In this document: positions 44,986 through 54,371 of the stretch, in pieces
Layout of the letters: the number at the start of each line of letters is the position of its first letter
Numbering within the stretch: the stretch's first letter is position 1
NCBI GenBank assembly: GCA_965204725.1
Contig: OZ242005.1
Location: 3,616,001 to 3,680,000, forward strand
Reading direction: 5' to 3'
Source: Candidatus Latescibacterota bacterium
GTDB lineage: Bacteria > Latescibacterota > UBA2968 > UBA8231
Length of the DNA: 64,000 nt
Notes under the pieces: model-generated
Told to the model about the DNA's origin: nothing
Databases searched by the model: none
The model's input: only the letters and a program-made list of their open reading frames with translations
Position numbers and translations under genes: made by a program

Positions 44986-46763
44986 GCACCGAACTCAACA
45001 AAGAAGAAGAAATCCAAGAACGCGCCTTTAATCTAAGGCTGACGCTGCAACTTTTGGGGTATCTCAAGCCCCACCGCCGGCGCGTGGTTCTCGCCTTTGG
45101 CACCATCGCCCTCGCGGCCGGCACCGGCCAAGTCGGCCCCTATCTGACGCAGGTCGCTGTAGATGACTACATCGCGGTCGGCGACTGGGCGGGTCTGAAG
45201 TGGATCATCGCGGCCTTTTTTCTAAGCGTCGCCGTGCAGTACGGTGCTCAATACGCCCAGACCTTGGTCACCGGCATGATCGGCCAGCGCGTCATGTACG
45301 ACCTGCGCCGCGATCTCTTCGCCCACTTGCAAAAACTGCCGCTGCGCTACTTCGACCGCACCCCGCTGGGCCGGATTATGACCCGCACGACCAACGACAT
45401 CGACGCCCTCAACGAATTTTTCAGCGAGGGGGTCGTCGCGGTCTTTATGGACTTTTTCACCCTGCTGGCCATCGTCGGCTTTATGGCCTATATCGACTTT
45501 GAGCTGGCCCTGATCTGCTGCACCGTAGTCCCGGTCATCGCCGTCTCGACCTTCTACCTCCAAGGGCTTGCCATGCGCGCCTATCGCGAGTTGCGGACGC
45601 GCTTGGCGCGGCTCAATGCCTATTTACAGGAGAACATCACGGGGGTTGAGGTGGTGCAGCTCTTCAATCGCCAGCAACGCAATTTGCGGGACTTTGACGC
45701 CGAGCACCTGCCCTATCGCCGCGCCGAAGACCGCGAAATCCACTGCTATGCTGTCTTCTTTCCCTTTACCGAACTGCTCGGCACCGTCGGCATGGCGCTC
45801 GTGCTGTGGTACGGGGCCTCGGGCGTGATCGACGGCCGCATCGAGTTGGGGGTACTAGTCGCCTTTCTCCAGTACATCCGCCGCTTCTTCCGCCCGATCA
45901 TGGACATATCCGACCGCTATGCCTTGTTGCAGAGCGCCATGGCTGCGTCCGAGCGCGTCTTCGAGCTATTGGCGGTCCCCGGCGAACCCACTGGCGGACC
46001 GCCGCGCAATCTGCCGGTGGCAAGCCGCGGCGCGATTGAATTCCGCAATGTGTTCTTTAAGTACGATCCAGCGGCTGAAGACTGGATTCTCAAGGATGTC
46101 TCGTTTGAACTCAAGGCCGGGCAGAGCCTAGCGCTGGTCGGGGCCACCGGCTCGGGCAAGACGACCATCGTCAGTCTCCTCTGCCGCTTCTACGACATCC
46201 AGCGCGGGGCCATCCTCGTCGATGGCTGCGACGTGCGCCAGTGGCCAGCGGCCGAGTTGCGCCGCCGCATCAGCATCGTCCAGCAGGAGGTTTTCTTGTT
46301 TTCGGGAAATATCAGCGGCAACATCCGCCTTGGCGAGGACGCCATTGACGACGCCCAAGTCGAGCGGGCGGCCCGCTACGTCAACGCCGCGCCCTTTATC
46401 GAACGCCTCCCCCAAGGCTATGCCCACGCCGTGGCCGAAGGCGGCTCGACCTTGTCGGCCGGGCAGCGCCAGTTATTGGCTTTTGCCCGTGCCCTTGCCT
46501 TCGACCCGGAAATCCTCGTCCTCGACGAGGCGACCTCTAGCATCGACACCGCCACCGAACAGCTCATCCAAGACGCCATCGCCAAGCTGATGCACGAGCG
46601 CACTTCCATCGTCATCGCCCACCGCCTCTCTACCATCCGCAGTGCCGACCAGATCTTGGTCATGCACCGCGGCGAGGTGCGCGAGCGGGGCCGCCACGAC
46701 GAGCTGTTGCGCCAAGACGGGATCTATGCGCGGCTCCACCGCCTCAACTACGGCCGGTCTTAG
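44982..46763 (+). CDS. Heterodimeric ABC exporter, subunit B (fused TMD-NBD)
   Basis: GATGSGKTT, LSAGQRQLLAFARA and LDEATSSID. Confidence 0.92.
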   Translation: MSTELNKEEEIQERAFNLRLTLQLLGYLKPHRRRVVLAFGTIALAAGTGQVGPYLTQVAVDDYIAVGDWAGLKWIIAAFFLSVAVQYGAQYAQTLVTGMIGQRVMYDLRRDLFAHLQKLPLRYFDRTPLGRIMTRTTNDIDALNEFFSEGVVAVFMDFFTLLAIVGFMAYIDFELALICCTVVPVIAVSTFYLQGLAMRAYRELRTRLARLNAYLQENITGVEVVQLFNRQQRNLRDFDAEHLPYRRAEDREIHCYAVFFPFTELLGTVGMALVLWYGASGVIDGRIELGVLVAFLQYIRRFFRPIMDISDRYALLQSAMAASERVFELLAVPGEPTGGPPRNLPVASRGAIEFRNVFFKYDPAAEDWILKDVSFELKAGQSLALVGATGSGKTTIVSLLCRFYDIQRGAILVDGCDVRQWPAAELRRRISIVQQEVFLFSGNISGNIRLGEDAIDDAQVERAARYVNAAPFIERLPQGYAHAVAEGGSTLSAGQRQLLAFARALAFDPEILVLDEATSSIDTATEQLIQDAIAKLMHERTSIVIAHRLSTIRSADQILVMHRGEVRERGRHDELLRQDGIYARLHRLNYGRS

Positions 46764-46996
46764 GCTTGGGCCTCTTCCTCTTGCGGGGCCTTGCCGTCTC
46801 TCTCCACGGCCTTCAAAACCTGATCGCGCGTCTCCTCGGCTTGGCGCATGATCAGACGCCGGGTGTCCTCGCCCTTATGAGGGGCTAGCAAGACGCCCAC
46901 GGCCGCGCCGACCACGACGCCGGCCACAAAACCGGCCAAGAGGCTCGTCGCGCCGTTGGTTGAATGCTGCCTGGGGTAAATTTTTTCGTAGAACAT
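46760..46996 (-). CDS. YtxH-domain protein
   Basis: GFVAGVVVGAAVGVLLAPHKGEDTRR; RBS AGGAG. Confidence 0.85.
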   Translation of the reverse strand: MFYEKIYPRQHSTNGATSLLAGFVAGVVVGAAVGVLLAPHKGEDTRRLIMRQAEETRDQVLKAVERDGKAPQEEEAQA

Positions 46997-47052
46997 ACAA
47001 AGCTCCTTTGGCTATGGGTGTGGTATGCTTACTGTCTAAGAAAACCAGTGTA

Positions 47053-47081
47053 TTGAATAAAACCAATGCAATTTTTATAAT
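47053..47081 (+). promoter_or_regulatory. Sigma70 promoter of guaB
   Basis: TTGAAT-N17-TATAAT. Confidence 0.7.
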
Positions 47082-47122
47082 CTAATCTTCCTTCTTCTCC
47101 CGACAACGCTGAGAGGACTTCT

Positions 47123-48604
47123 ATGGCCCAAGTCCTGAGCACCCCTTCGCACAGCCTCAAAGAATTTCGCATCCTGCCTGGGTACACGCCAACAGACGGC
47201 AACGCTCCCAACGCATCGCTCAAAACCCGGCTCTGCCGCAAGGGGGGCGACTTTCTCTATCTGCACGTGCCCTTCCTCAGTGCCGCCATGCAGGCCGTGA
47301 CCGGCGGCGACATGGCCATTGCCTTGGCCCAGCTAGGCGGCATCGGCATCCTGCCCGTCAGCCAGTCCATCGACGAGCAGTGCGCCAAAATCAGCCAAGT
47401 CAAGCGCTTCAAGGCCGGTTTTCAGACCGATATTGTCACCTTGGCTCCAACCCAACCCATTGCCGAGGTCGTTGAGATCATCCAGCACACCGGCTATACC
47501 ACCTTCCCAGTCACCGCCAGCGGCCAGTTTCACGACCAACTCCTCGGCATCCTCACCGACAAGGACTTCGACGAGCGCCGCCACCTCGACTGCCAAGTCG
47601 CCTCCCGCATGAAAACCGACGTGCAGGCCGGCCGCGAAATAAGCGACCTCAAGGCCGCCAACGAGCTGATGATCCGCTATGGCCGCGGCTTTCTGCCCAT
47701 TCTGTCCAAGGGGGGCGTCCTGCAAGCGGTGGTTTTCAAAAAGGATCTCGACAAGCACCTGCGGCATCCCAACGAATCAATCGACGAAAAAAAGCGCCTG
47801 ATCGTCGGCGCGGCCGTCTCCACCCACCCGGAGGACCGCGACCGGGCCGAAGCCCTCATCGCGCAAGAAGCGGACGTGCTCGTCATCGACGCCTCCGACG
47901 GCCACACCGACTACCAGCGGCAGATGATCCAATTCCTCAAGGAGCGCACCGACGCCCCAGTCATCGGCGGCAATGTCGTCACGGCCGAGGGGTTTCGCTT
48001 TTTGGCCGCAGCCGGTGCCGACGCCATCAAAGTCGGCATGGGAATCGGCTCGGGCTGCATCACTCAGGAAGTCAAGGCCACCGGCCGCGGCCAAGGCACG
48101 GCCTTGATGGAAATCAGCGCGGCGCGCAACCAGTGGCAGCACGACTGCAACGCCTACCTGCCCATCATCGCAGACGGCGGCATTTCAGGCCCGGCCGAGA
48201 TCGCCGTGGCCATGGCCTTGGGCGCCAACGCCGTGATGATGGGGCACTTCTTCGCCGGCTACACCGAAAGCCAAGGCAACCTCGTGCGCACGGCGGCCGG
48301 CGACATCGTCAAGGAGTACTGGATGGAAGGTTCGCTGCGCGCCCACAACATGCGGCGCTATGCCCAGACGCAAGAGAATTTCTTTGAGGAGGGCATCTCC
48401 GGCTACGTGCCCCACATTGGCTCGCTGCACGACAAATTGCCAATCCGCATCCAGATGCTGCGCGCCACCCTCGCCACGGCCGGGTGCCGCACCATCGACG
48501 AGTTGCACGAAAAGGCCGTGCTCGAAATGCAGTCGCCCACCGCGCTCATGGACAGCCAAATCCACGACATCGTCCCCACCCAAACCGACCAGCAAATCCT
48601 CTAA
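47123..48604 (+). CDS. guaB: IMP dehydrogenase with a CBS pair
   Basis: SAAMQAV, KVGMGIGSGCIT (catalytic Cys), IIADGGI and KEYWMEGS. Confidence 0.9.
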   Translation: MAQVLSTPSHSLKEFRILPGYTPTDGNAPNASLKTRLCRKGGDFLYLHVPFLSAAMQAVTGGDMAIALAQLGGIGILPVSQSIDEQCAKISQVKRFKAGFQTDIVTLAPTQPIAEVVEIIQHTGYTTFPVTASGQFHDQLLGILTDKDFDERRHLDCQVASRMKTDVQAGREISDLKAANELMIRYGRGFLPILSKGGVLQAVVFKKDLDKHLRHPNESIDEKKRLIVGAAVSTHPEDRDRAEALIAQEADVLVIDASDGHTDYQRQMIQFLKERTDAPVIGGNVVTAEGFRFLAAAGADAIKVGMGIGSGCITQEVKATGRGQGTALMEISAARNQWQHDCNAYLPIIADGGISGPAEIAVAMALGANAVMMGHFFAGYTESQGNLVRTAAGDIVKEYWMEGSLRAHNMRRYAQTQENFFEEGISGYVPHIGSLHDKLPIRIQMLRATLATAGCRTIDELHEKAVLEMQSPTALMDSQIHDIVPTQTDQQIL

Positions 48605-48608
48605 CGCC

Positions 48609-49298
48609 ATGCACGTACTCATTACCAACGCCGCCACTTCGCTCGGCCAAGCCCTAGCCGCCGGCCTTGGCGACGCCTACCAACTGCGCTTGACCGACCC
48701 AGAGCGCGGGGTCGGGATCCAGAGCGATCTAGGGCACGGCCCCGCGACCGATGCGCTCGTCCAAGACATCGACGCCATCGTCCATCTCGGCTACGCGCCG
48801 CGTACCGGCGATGGCCAGACCACTTGGCTAGACCGCAATACGCGCGGCACGTACAATCTTCTCTTGGCTGCGGCCTCCGCTGGGGTCGAACACGTCATCC
48901 TCTTGAGCACCCTCGACCTGTTCGCCCCGTACGAAGCAGACCTCACCGTTGACGAGAATTGGAAGCCGCTGCCTTCCTGTGCGCCGGCCGTTTTAGGCTC
49001 CCACCTAGCCGAGTTTACGGCCCGCGAATTTGCCCACAGCCACGCGCTCCACATCACCGTGGCCCGCCTTGGGCACCTAGTCCGCTCTGAGGAGGTCGCT
49101 GGCCAGCCCTACGACCCGCTGTGGCTCGACGAGCGCGACGCGGCCCAAGCCATAGCCCAGCTCGTGCAAAAGGGGGCCTCCGGTCCGTATCGCGTCATCC
49201 ACCTTCAGTCCGCCGCGGCCCGGGCCCGCTTTTCCGTCGAGCACGCCAAGAATCTCCTAGCCTTCGCTCCCCAATACAACTTTGAGGCCAACCCATGA
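48609..49298 (+). CDS. NAD-dependent epimerase/dehydratase family (extended SDR, divergent)
   Basis: MHVLITNAATSLG, IDAIVHL and NTRGTYNLL. Start placed at ATG 48609. Confidence 0.75.
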   Translation: MHVLITNAATSLGQALAAGLGDAYQLRLTDPERGVGIQSDLGHGPATDALVQDIDAIVHLGYAPRTGDGQTTWLDRNTRGTYNLLLAAASAGVEHVILLSTLDLFAPYEADLTVDENWKPLPSCAPAVLGSHLAEFTAREFAHSHALHITVARLGHLVRSEEVAGQPYDPLWLDERDAAQAIAQLVQKGASGPYRVIHLQSAAARARFSVEHAKNLLAFAPQYNFEANP

Positions 49299-50029
49299 AA
49301 GTTCTGCTCCTAGGCGGCAATGGCTTTCTCGGTCCGCACGTGGTCAAGCAGCTCCAAGACGCCTACGAGCTCCGCATCACCGACATCGTGCCCATCGACA
49401 GCCCGCACGAGACCATGCAAGTGGATGTCTCCGACCTCGACCAAGTGCGCCGCGCCACCGAGGGCACCGACGTAACCATCAACTGCTCGGTGCTGCGCCC
49501 CGACCGCAAGCTGGCCTTTGACGTCAACGCGACCGGCACGTACAACGGCATCCGCGCCGCGGTTGAAAACGGCCACACCCGCTTCATCAACACCGGGCCC
49601 CACTTCACCCAAGTCGGGCCGTCGTACGAGCACTACGACTTTGACATCAACGAGGAAGTCCCCCTGCATTCCGGGATCAACCTCTACGCCCACAGCAAGT
49701 CGGTCGGCCAAGAAATCTGCCGCGTCTTTGCCGCCAACCATCCCATCCACGTACTCACCACCCTCTTTTTGAGCTTTCGCGAGGCCGAGCCGCCCGCCGA
49801 GCAACTCGGCAGCGGCACCAACCCCTTTTCCGTTACCTTTCCCGACGCGGCCCGCGCCCTGCACAAGTGCCTAGCGGTGGATTTGGCGTCCCTGCCCTCG
49901 CGCTGCGAGATATTCCACATTACCACGGACACGCCCCACGGCCGATACAGCAACGCCAAGGCCCGACGCCTGCTAGGATGGACCCCGCAGGACCGGCTAG
50001 CGGGCTACTGGCGCAAGCCGACCTCCTAG
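49295..50029 (+). CDS. NAD-dependent epimerase/dehydratase (uronate dehydrogenase-like SDR)
   Basis: LLGGNGFLG, VNATGTYN and YAHSK (YxxxK). Confidence 0.8.
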   Translation: MKVLLLGGNGFLGPHVVKQLQDAYELRITDIVPIDSPHETMQVDVSDLDQVRRATEGTDVTINCSVLRPDRKLAFDVNATGTYNGIRAAVENGHTRFINTGPHFTQVGPSYEHYDFDINEEVPLHSGINLYAHSKSVGQEICRVFAANHPIHVLTTLFLSFREAEPPAEQLGSGTNPFSVTFPDAARALHKCLAVDLASLPSRCEIFHITTDTPHGRYSNAKARRLLGWTPQDRLAGYWRKPTS

Positions 50030-50084
50030 TGCTTTCTCGCTCAGGGGCCGACCTCAACAGCTAGCGCCGAGTGGGCATAAACCG

Positions 50085-50873
50085 ATGAGCATCCGAGAGC
50101 GCGTCTATCACTTTATCGAGCCGAGGTATGAGCAAGGGCGCATCGTCGATGTGGCCATTATCCTCTTGATCTTGCTCAACATCGTCGCCCTAATCCTCGA
50201 AACCGTCGAGCCTATCTACAACCTCAACCGGTTCGCCTTTGAGCTTTTTGAGGATTGCTCACTGGCCGTGTTCACAATCGAATACGTGGTACGGCTGTGG
50301 GCCATTACCGCCGATCCGCGGTTTGCGCGCCCGGTGGCCGGGCGCATTCGCTTTGCCCTAACGCCCCTAGCCATCATCGACCTGCTGGCCATTCTCCCTT
50401 TATTTTTCCCGCCCCCGAGCGTAGATGCACGCTTTATCCGCGTGGTGCGCGTCCTGCGGATCTTCCGCGTCCTCAAGCTGGTGCGCTACTTCCGCGCCCT
50501 GCGCCTGCTCGGCCAAGTCATCGCCGATCGCAAGGAAGAGCTCGTCAGCATCTTCTTGGTGCTGCTGATCCTTTTGTCCATCTCTTCGTCGCTGATGTAC
50601 TTTGTCGAGCACGAAGATCAGCCCGAAGTCTTTACCAGCATCCCGGCCACCATGTGGTGGAGCATCGTCACCTTGACGACGGTCGGCTACGGCGACACCT
50701 ATCCGATCACCGCCCTCGGCCAGACCATCGCCGCCATCATCGCCATCTTGGGGATCGGCATGTTCGCGCTGCCGGCCGGCATTCTCGGCGCGGGATTTGT
50801 CGAGGCCCTAGCGGCGAACCGCTCAGACGACCCCGCTCGCCATTGCCCGCACTGCGGCAAGCCACTCTCATAA
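50085..50873 (+). CDS. 6TM voltage-gated-type potassium channel
   Basis: S4 Arg repeats (RVVRVLRIFRVLKLVR), pore TTVGYGD and C-terminal CPHCG. Confidence 0.92.
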   Translation: MSIRERVYHFIEPRYEQGRIVDVAIILLILLNIVALILETVEPIYNLNRFAFELFEDCSLAVFTIEYVVRLWAITADPRFARPVAGRIRFALTPLAIIDLLAILPLFFPPPSVDARFIRVVRVLRIFRVLKLVRYFRALRLLGQVIADRKEELVSIFLVLLILLSISSSLMYFVEHEDQPEVFTSIPATMWWSIVTLTTVGYGDTYPITALGQTIAAIIAILGIGMFALPAGILGAGFVEALAANRSDDPARHCPHCGKPLS

Positions 50874-50902
50874 AAAAACGGCCGAGGCAAAAGCCCCAGC
50901 CG
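50872..50902 (-). terminator. Terminator between the convergent channel and antitoxin genes
   Basis: Minus strand reads CGGCTGGGGC-tttt-GCCTCGGCCG followed by TTTTTT. Confidence 0.6.
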
Positions 50903-50934
50903 CTTCCATATATGCCGCAGTGCAAACTGTGCTG

Positions 50935-51228
50935 TCATACGAAAGGGCCTTCCGCGAACTCTGGCGTTTCTAATTCGACAATCACGCCTAAGGCGTTGCA
51001 CACCTTGAGAAACGTCGAAACATTGCAATTGGCTCCATGCTCCAACTTGGATAGCTGCTGCTGCGTAATTTTTGCTTTTTTCGCGACCTCCTGCTGGGAC
51101 AAACCAAGATGCTGCCGGACCTGAAGGATTTGCAGGGAAAGCTGAGCCAACTGCTTTTCTTCTGCAAACAACCTGCGAAAGCGGTCGTGCCGCAGCTTGC
51201 CTTCAAGGTGCCCTTTAAGCGTCTTCAT
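50935..51228 (-). CDS. XRE-family HTH protein (HigA-like antitoxin)
   Basis: Own RBS GGAGG before MKTLKGHL; RQHLGLSQQEVAKKAKITQQQLSKLEHG HTH. Confidence 0.85.
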   Translation of the reverse strand: MKTLKGHLEGKLRHDRFRRLFAEEKQLAQLSLQILQVRQHLGLSQQEVAKKAKITQQQLSKLEHGANCNVSTFLKVCNALGVIVELETPEFAEGPFV

Positions 51229-51360
51229 GGTAAGCCTCCCTAATCGAGTTGTCATCATATTCTTGGCTTGCTCCCGTTCCTTGCGACCATTTATGAATCC
51301 TTGGATGGGACATTCGCCCTCGGCTGTTTCGTAGTAGATAATCTTCCATTGTGAAGGCAT
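51215..51360 (-). pseudogene. Internally deleted RelE/HigB-type (Gp49-like) toxin
   Basis: N-terminus MPSQWKIIYYETAEGECPIQGFI is typical of the family, but only about 33 codons remain. A putative original C-terminus (EYDDNSIREAYHEDA*) lies in another frame, overlapping the antitoxin start. Confidence 0.7.
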
Positions 51361-51444
51361 ACGTTAATAATCTGTGACCCATGACATGTCGAACCATCTC
51401 CTCTTCTTTCTCGCCTAAAACGACCGGTCCAAAATACGTTTCGG

Positions 51445-51642
51445 TCAAAAGAACGCTATTTTGACCAGCAACGCCACAACGACAGCGCAACCGAACTTGA
51501 TCTGCGCCAAATCGCGCTCGATTTTATCGAAGTGCTCGTTACAGCTAGCTTCCAACTTGTTAAAGCTGGCTTTCATCACATCCAGATCCTCTTTGGTCAC
51601 CAGCCGCTCGGCGAGGGGAGATTGTTTGGTCAACGGAATCAA
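51445..51642 (-). CDS. Short coiled-coil protein with a C-terminal TM helix (DUF1640/CCDC90-like; possibly a remnant)
   Basis: LVTKEDL beta-layer-like motif, heptads and IKFGCAVVVALLVKIAFF. ATG overlaps the upstream stop. Confidence 0.6.
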   Translation of the reverse strand: MIPLTKQSPLAERLVTKEDLDVMKASFNKLEASCNEHFDKIERDLAQIKFGCAVVVALLVKIAFF

Positions 51643-52682
51643 TCAAGCGGCAGTTCCACCCGCCGCCCCTCTGCCATGCTGATCTGCACGGCCTCGGTAA
51701 ACTCCATGTATTTGACGCCGTCGGCAAAGCTAGTGTGCGTCACGGGGCGGCCGTCGCGGATGGCGGCGACAAAATCCTCTTCCACCTGCCAACCATTGCG
51801 CGGATGCTCGGGGATGGCGAAGGGCTGGTACTCGTCGTCGCCCTCGCCAGCTATCCATATCCCGCCGGGCGTCTGCGGCGTACCCGCGTCCATCTTAAAC
51901 GAGCCTTTGGTCCCGTAAAAGGCAAAGCTAAAGGAAGGGCCTAAGCGTGCGACGCTGCTCAGGTGATAGACCGCGGTCGCCCCGCTTCCCATCTCGGCGA
52001 CGATGCCCAAGCTCTCCGGCACATCGGCCGGTGCGCTCTTGCCCGTCTCCTCGTCGAGCCGCTCGGTCGTAAACGTCTTGCCATGAGCAATCACGGCCTT
52101 TTCGTGCCCGGCATAGCGTCGCACCGTCTCGTTGCCAATGCCCATGACCATGATGTTGTTGCCCGACAAATCGCGGCGTTGCCGCCAGTGCAGCGGCGCG
52201 TCTGGATCGTAGCCGCCGGAAAGGCCGGTGAAGTGAATTTCCAACAGGTCGCCAAAAAAACCGCTGTGCAGCTTGTCGAGCAAGAGCGGCTCGGCCGACA
52301 AGTAGAAGGGTGCCGGCACAATCATGGCCACCTGATCGGTTTGCTGCGAGGCCGCGTACATCTGCCGCGCTTCGGCCAGATTCATGCACATCCGCGCCTC
52401 GGTCAGCACGTGCTTGCCCGCCTCAAGCCCGGCCAGCGTCATCGGACAGTGCATATAAGGCCAAGTGCCGATGCATATCGCATCGACAGCGTCGCTTTCG
52501 ATTAGCATCCGCCAGTCCGCAAAGACTTGGGGGATCCCGTACTCGTCGGCGATCCGTTGGCCCGATTCGCGGGAACGGTTGCAAACGGCGGTTATCTCGA
52601 CTCCGTCAATACCTTGAAAACCGGGAATGTGCTGCAAGCGGGTATTGGCCCCCGCGCCTATGAGTCCTATGCGAAGCGTCAC
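51639..52682 (-). CDS. Gfo/Idh/MocA family oxidoreductase
   Basis: RIGLIGAG, ICIGTWPYMH and GKHVLTEARM. Confidence 0.88.
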   Translation of the reverse strand: MTLRIGLIGAGANTRLQHIPGFQGIDGVEITAVCNRSRESGQRIADEYGIPQVFADWRMLIESDAVDAICIGTWPYMHCPMTLAGLEAGKHVLTEARMCMNLAEARQMYAASQQTDQVAMIVPAPFYLSAEPLLLDKLHSGFFGDLLEIHFTGLSGGYDPDAPLHWRQRRDLSGNNIMVMGIGNETVRRYAGHEKAVIAHGKTFTTERLDEETGKSAPADVPESLGIVAEMGSGATAVYHLSSVARLGPSFSFAFYGTKGSFKMDAGTPQTPGGIWIAGEGDDEYQPFAIPEHPRNGWQVEEDFVAAIRDGRPVTHTSFADGVKYMEFTEAVQISMAEGRRVELPLD

Positions 52683-52830
52683 AGCCGTTTCCTCCTGTTA
52701 ATTTTAAGCGGCTTTTAGCAAGTTTGATTCCTCTGCGAAAATATAGCCGGAGGCCACAGGAGGAGCAAGCAGGCTTGGGCCTCTGCACGCAGATAAAAAA
52801 ACCCTCTGACGCGCCGCCATCCGGCCCTGA

Positions 52831-54291
52831 TCAACGCCATTCATAGAGCGATCTACGCGCTAGCCGATACTCATCGGCCGGCCGGTCAATGGCCGTCGCT
52901 CCGCCCGAGGCCACCTCAATCAGGCGAGGGCACACCGGCTCGTACGCGGCCCTCGGCGCCACCGCGCCCTTGGCGACCAAAATGCGCTGCTGCTCGGGCT
53001 GGATTCCGGCACAGGTAATCTGGTGGATGCTGTTGGGACAGGTGCGCTCGCTGTTGAGCAAGAGCAGCCCTTTGCTCCCGTCCTGTTCAACTTGCACAAC
53101 CGCGGTCGGCCCTTGGTCGAAATAACGGCCCCCACCGTGCCGACGCGCCCGCTCTTCAAACGACCCATCGTGCAGCGTCCGCACCCGGCCGGCAATGTCC
53201 ACGGTCGGCCCGTGCATGTCGTCGGTCTTGCCGCCCACGCGGAGTTGGACCGGCCCGCCGATGCCGGCCGCAAAGCACACCTGCGCGCTTTCCGCGTCCC
53301 AAATCGATACGACCCAGCCGTCCGCTCCTTGCGCGAGCAATTGCTCCAACACAAACGTCGAGTCCCCAGACGACCCGCCGCCGATGTTGTCGCCCATGTC
53401 GAGCAGGCACACGGGCCTCTCCTCGCTCTCCAAAGCCAACCGCACGGCCTCGGCCGGGCCGGGCACTGCGGCCTTTAACTGGTCGCGGCTGGCCCATAGC
53501 TGCTCGCCCAACCGCTCGGCTTCGCGCTCGGCCCTTGCTTGGTCACCGTCGGCAATCACCACAATCGCCGGTCCCATATAGGGCACGTCCGCATACTGGT
53601 ATCCAGCAGCGATACTACACCCGAGAATCCCCGCTTGCGACTCCAACTCAAGCGCCGCCTGCATCAGCGGCTGCATGGGCGCGACGCTCGTGTTGTGGAA
53701 GTAGATATTGCAGAGCACCTCTGGTTTGACCAACGCCATCTTGGGCTGGACCTCGCCGCGAATCTGCCGAGTCAGAATGGACGCCGCCTGCAAGCCGCGT
53801 TCCCGCTGGTCAATATGGGGGTTGGTTTTGTAGATAATCAGGGAATCGGCCGCAGCTACGAGTGCTGGGGGCACGTTGGCGTGGTAGTCGTGGGTCACGG
53901 CGATGGGCAAGTCGCCCACTAGCGCACGTACCCGGCGCACGGTCTCGCCGTCGGCTTGGGGGAATCCTTCGGCCACCATGGCCCCGTGCAGGGCCAACAG
54001 CACCCCGTCGAGTGGGGGCGCGGCCTCAAGCCCGCTGAGAATGCGCCCGACAAAGTGTTCGTACGTGGCCGCGGTCACCGGGCCGCCCGGAGTCGCCGTA
54101 GCCGCTAGCAGCGGATGCAGCTCATAGCCGAACTCCTCGGCCCCGGCGATACAGCCAGCCATCTCGTGAAAGGTTCCCGCGTACTGGTCAATTAGGCCCG
54201 CGCCCTCGCAGACTCCGAAATCCTCCAACTGCGTCGGCTGCGAATAGAACGAATTCGACTCGTGGGAAAAACCCGCTATTCCAATCCTCAT
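52831..54291 (-). CDS. M81 family metallopeptidase (MlrC-like)
   Basis: HESNSF, LALHGAM, DYHAN, NPHID and DNIGGGSSGD. Confidence 0.9.
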   Translation of the reverse strand: MRIGIAGFSHESNSFYSQPTQLEDFGVCEGAGLIDQYAGTFHEMAGCIAGAEEFGYELHPLLAATATPGGPVTAATYEHFVGRILSGLEAAPPLDGVLLALHGAMVAEGFPQADGETVRRVRALVGDLPIAVTHDYHANVPPALVAAADSLIIYKTNPHIDQRERGLQAASILTRQIRGEVQPKMALVKPEVLCNIYFHNTSVAPMQPLMQAALELESQAGILGCSIAAGYQYADVPYMGPAIVVIADGDQARAEREAERLGEQLWASRDQLKAAVPGPAEAVRLALESEERPVCLLDMGDNIGGGSSGDSTFVLEQLLAQGADGWVVSIWDAESAQVCFAAGIGGPVQLRVGGKTDDMHGPTVDIAGRVRTLHDGSFEERARRHGGGRYFDQGPTAVVQVEQDGSKGLLLLNSERTCPNSIHQITCAGIQPEQQRILVAKGAVAPRAAYEPVCPRLIEVASGGATAIDRPADEYRLARRSLYEWR

Positions 54292-54371
54292 TCTGTACCA
54301 CCTTTCTAGCGAACAGGTCGCTTTAGTGCCTCGCTTGCCGTAGAATATAGTGCTATCTTGCCCAAACGATT

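Noticed and set aside
52690-52830. GAGGCC...GGCCTC hairpin upstream of the Gfo/Idh/MocA gene as a possible riboswitch
   Set aside because: No recognisable aptamer consensus; a single weak stem in GC-rich DNA is not enough evidence.
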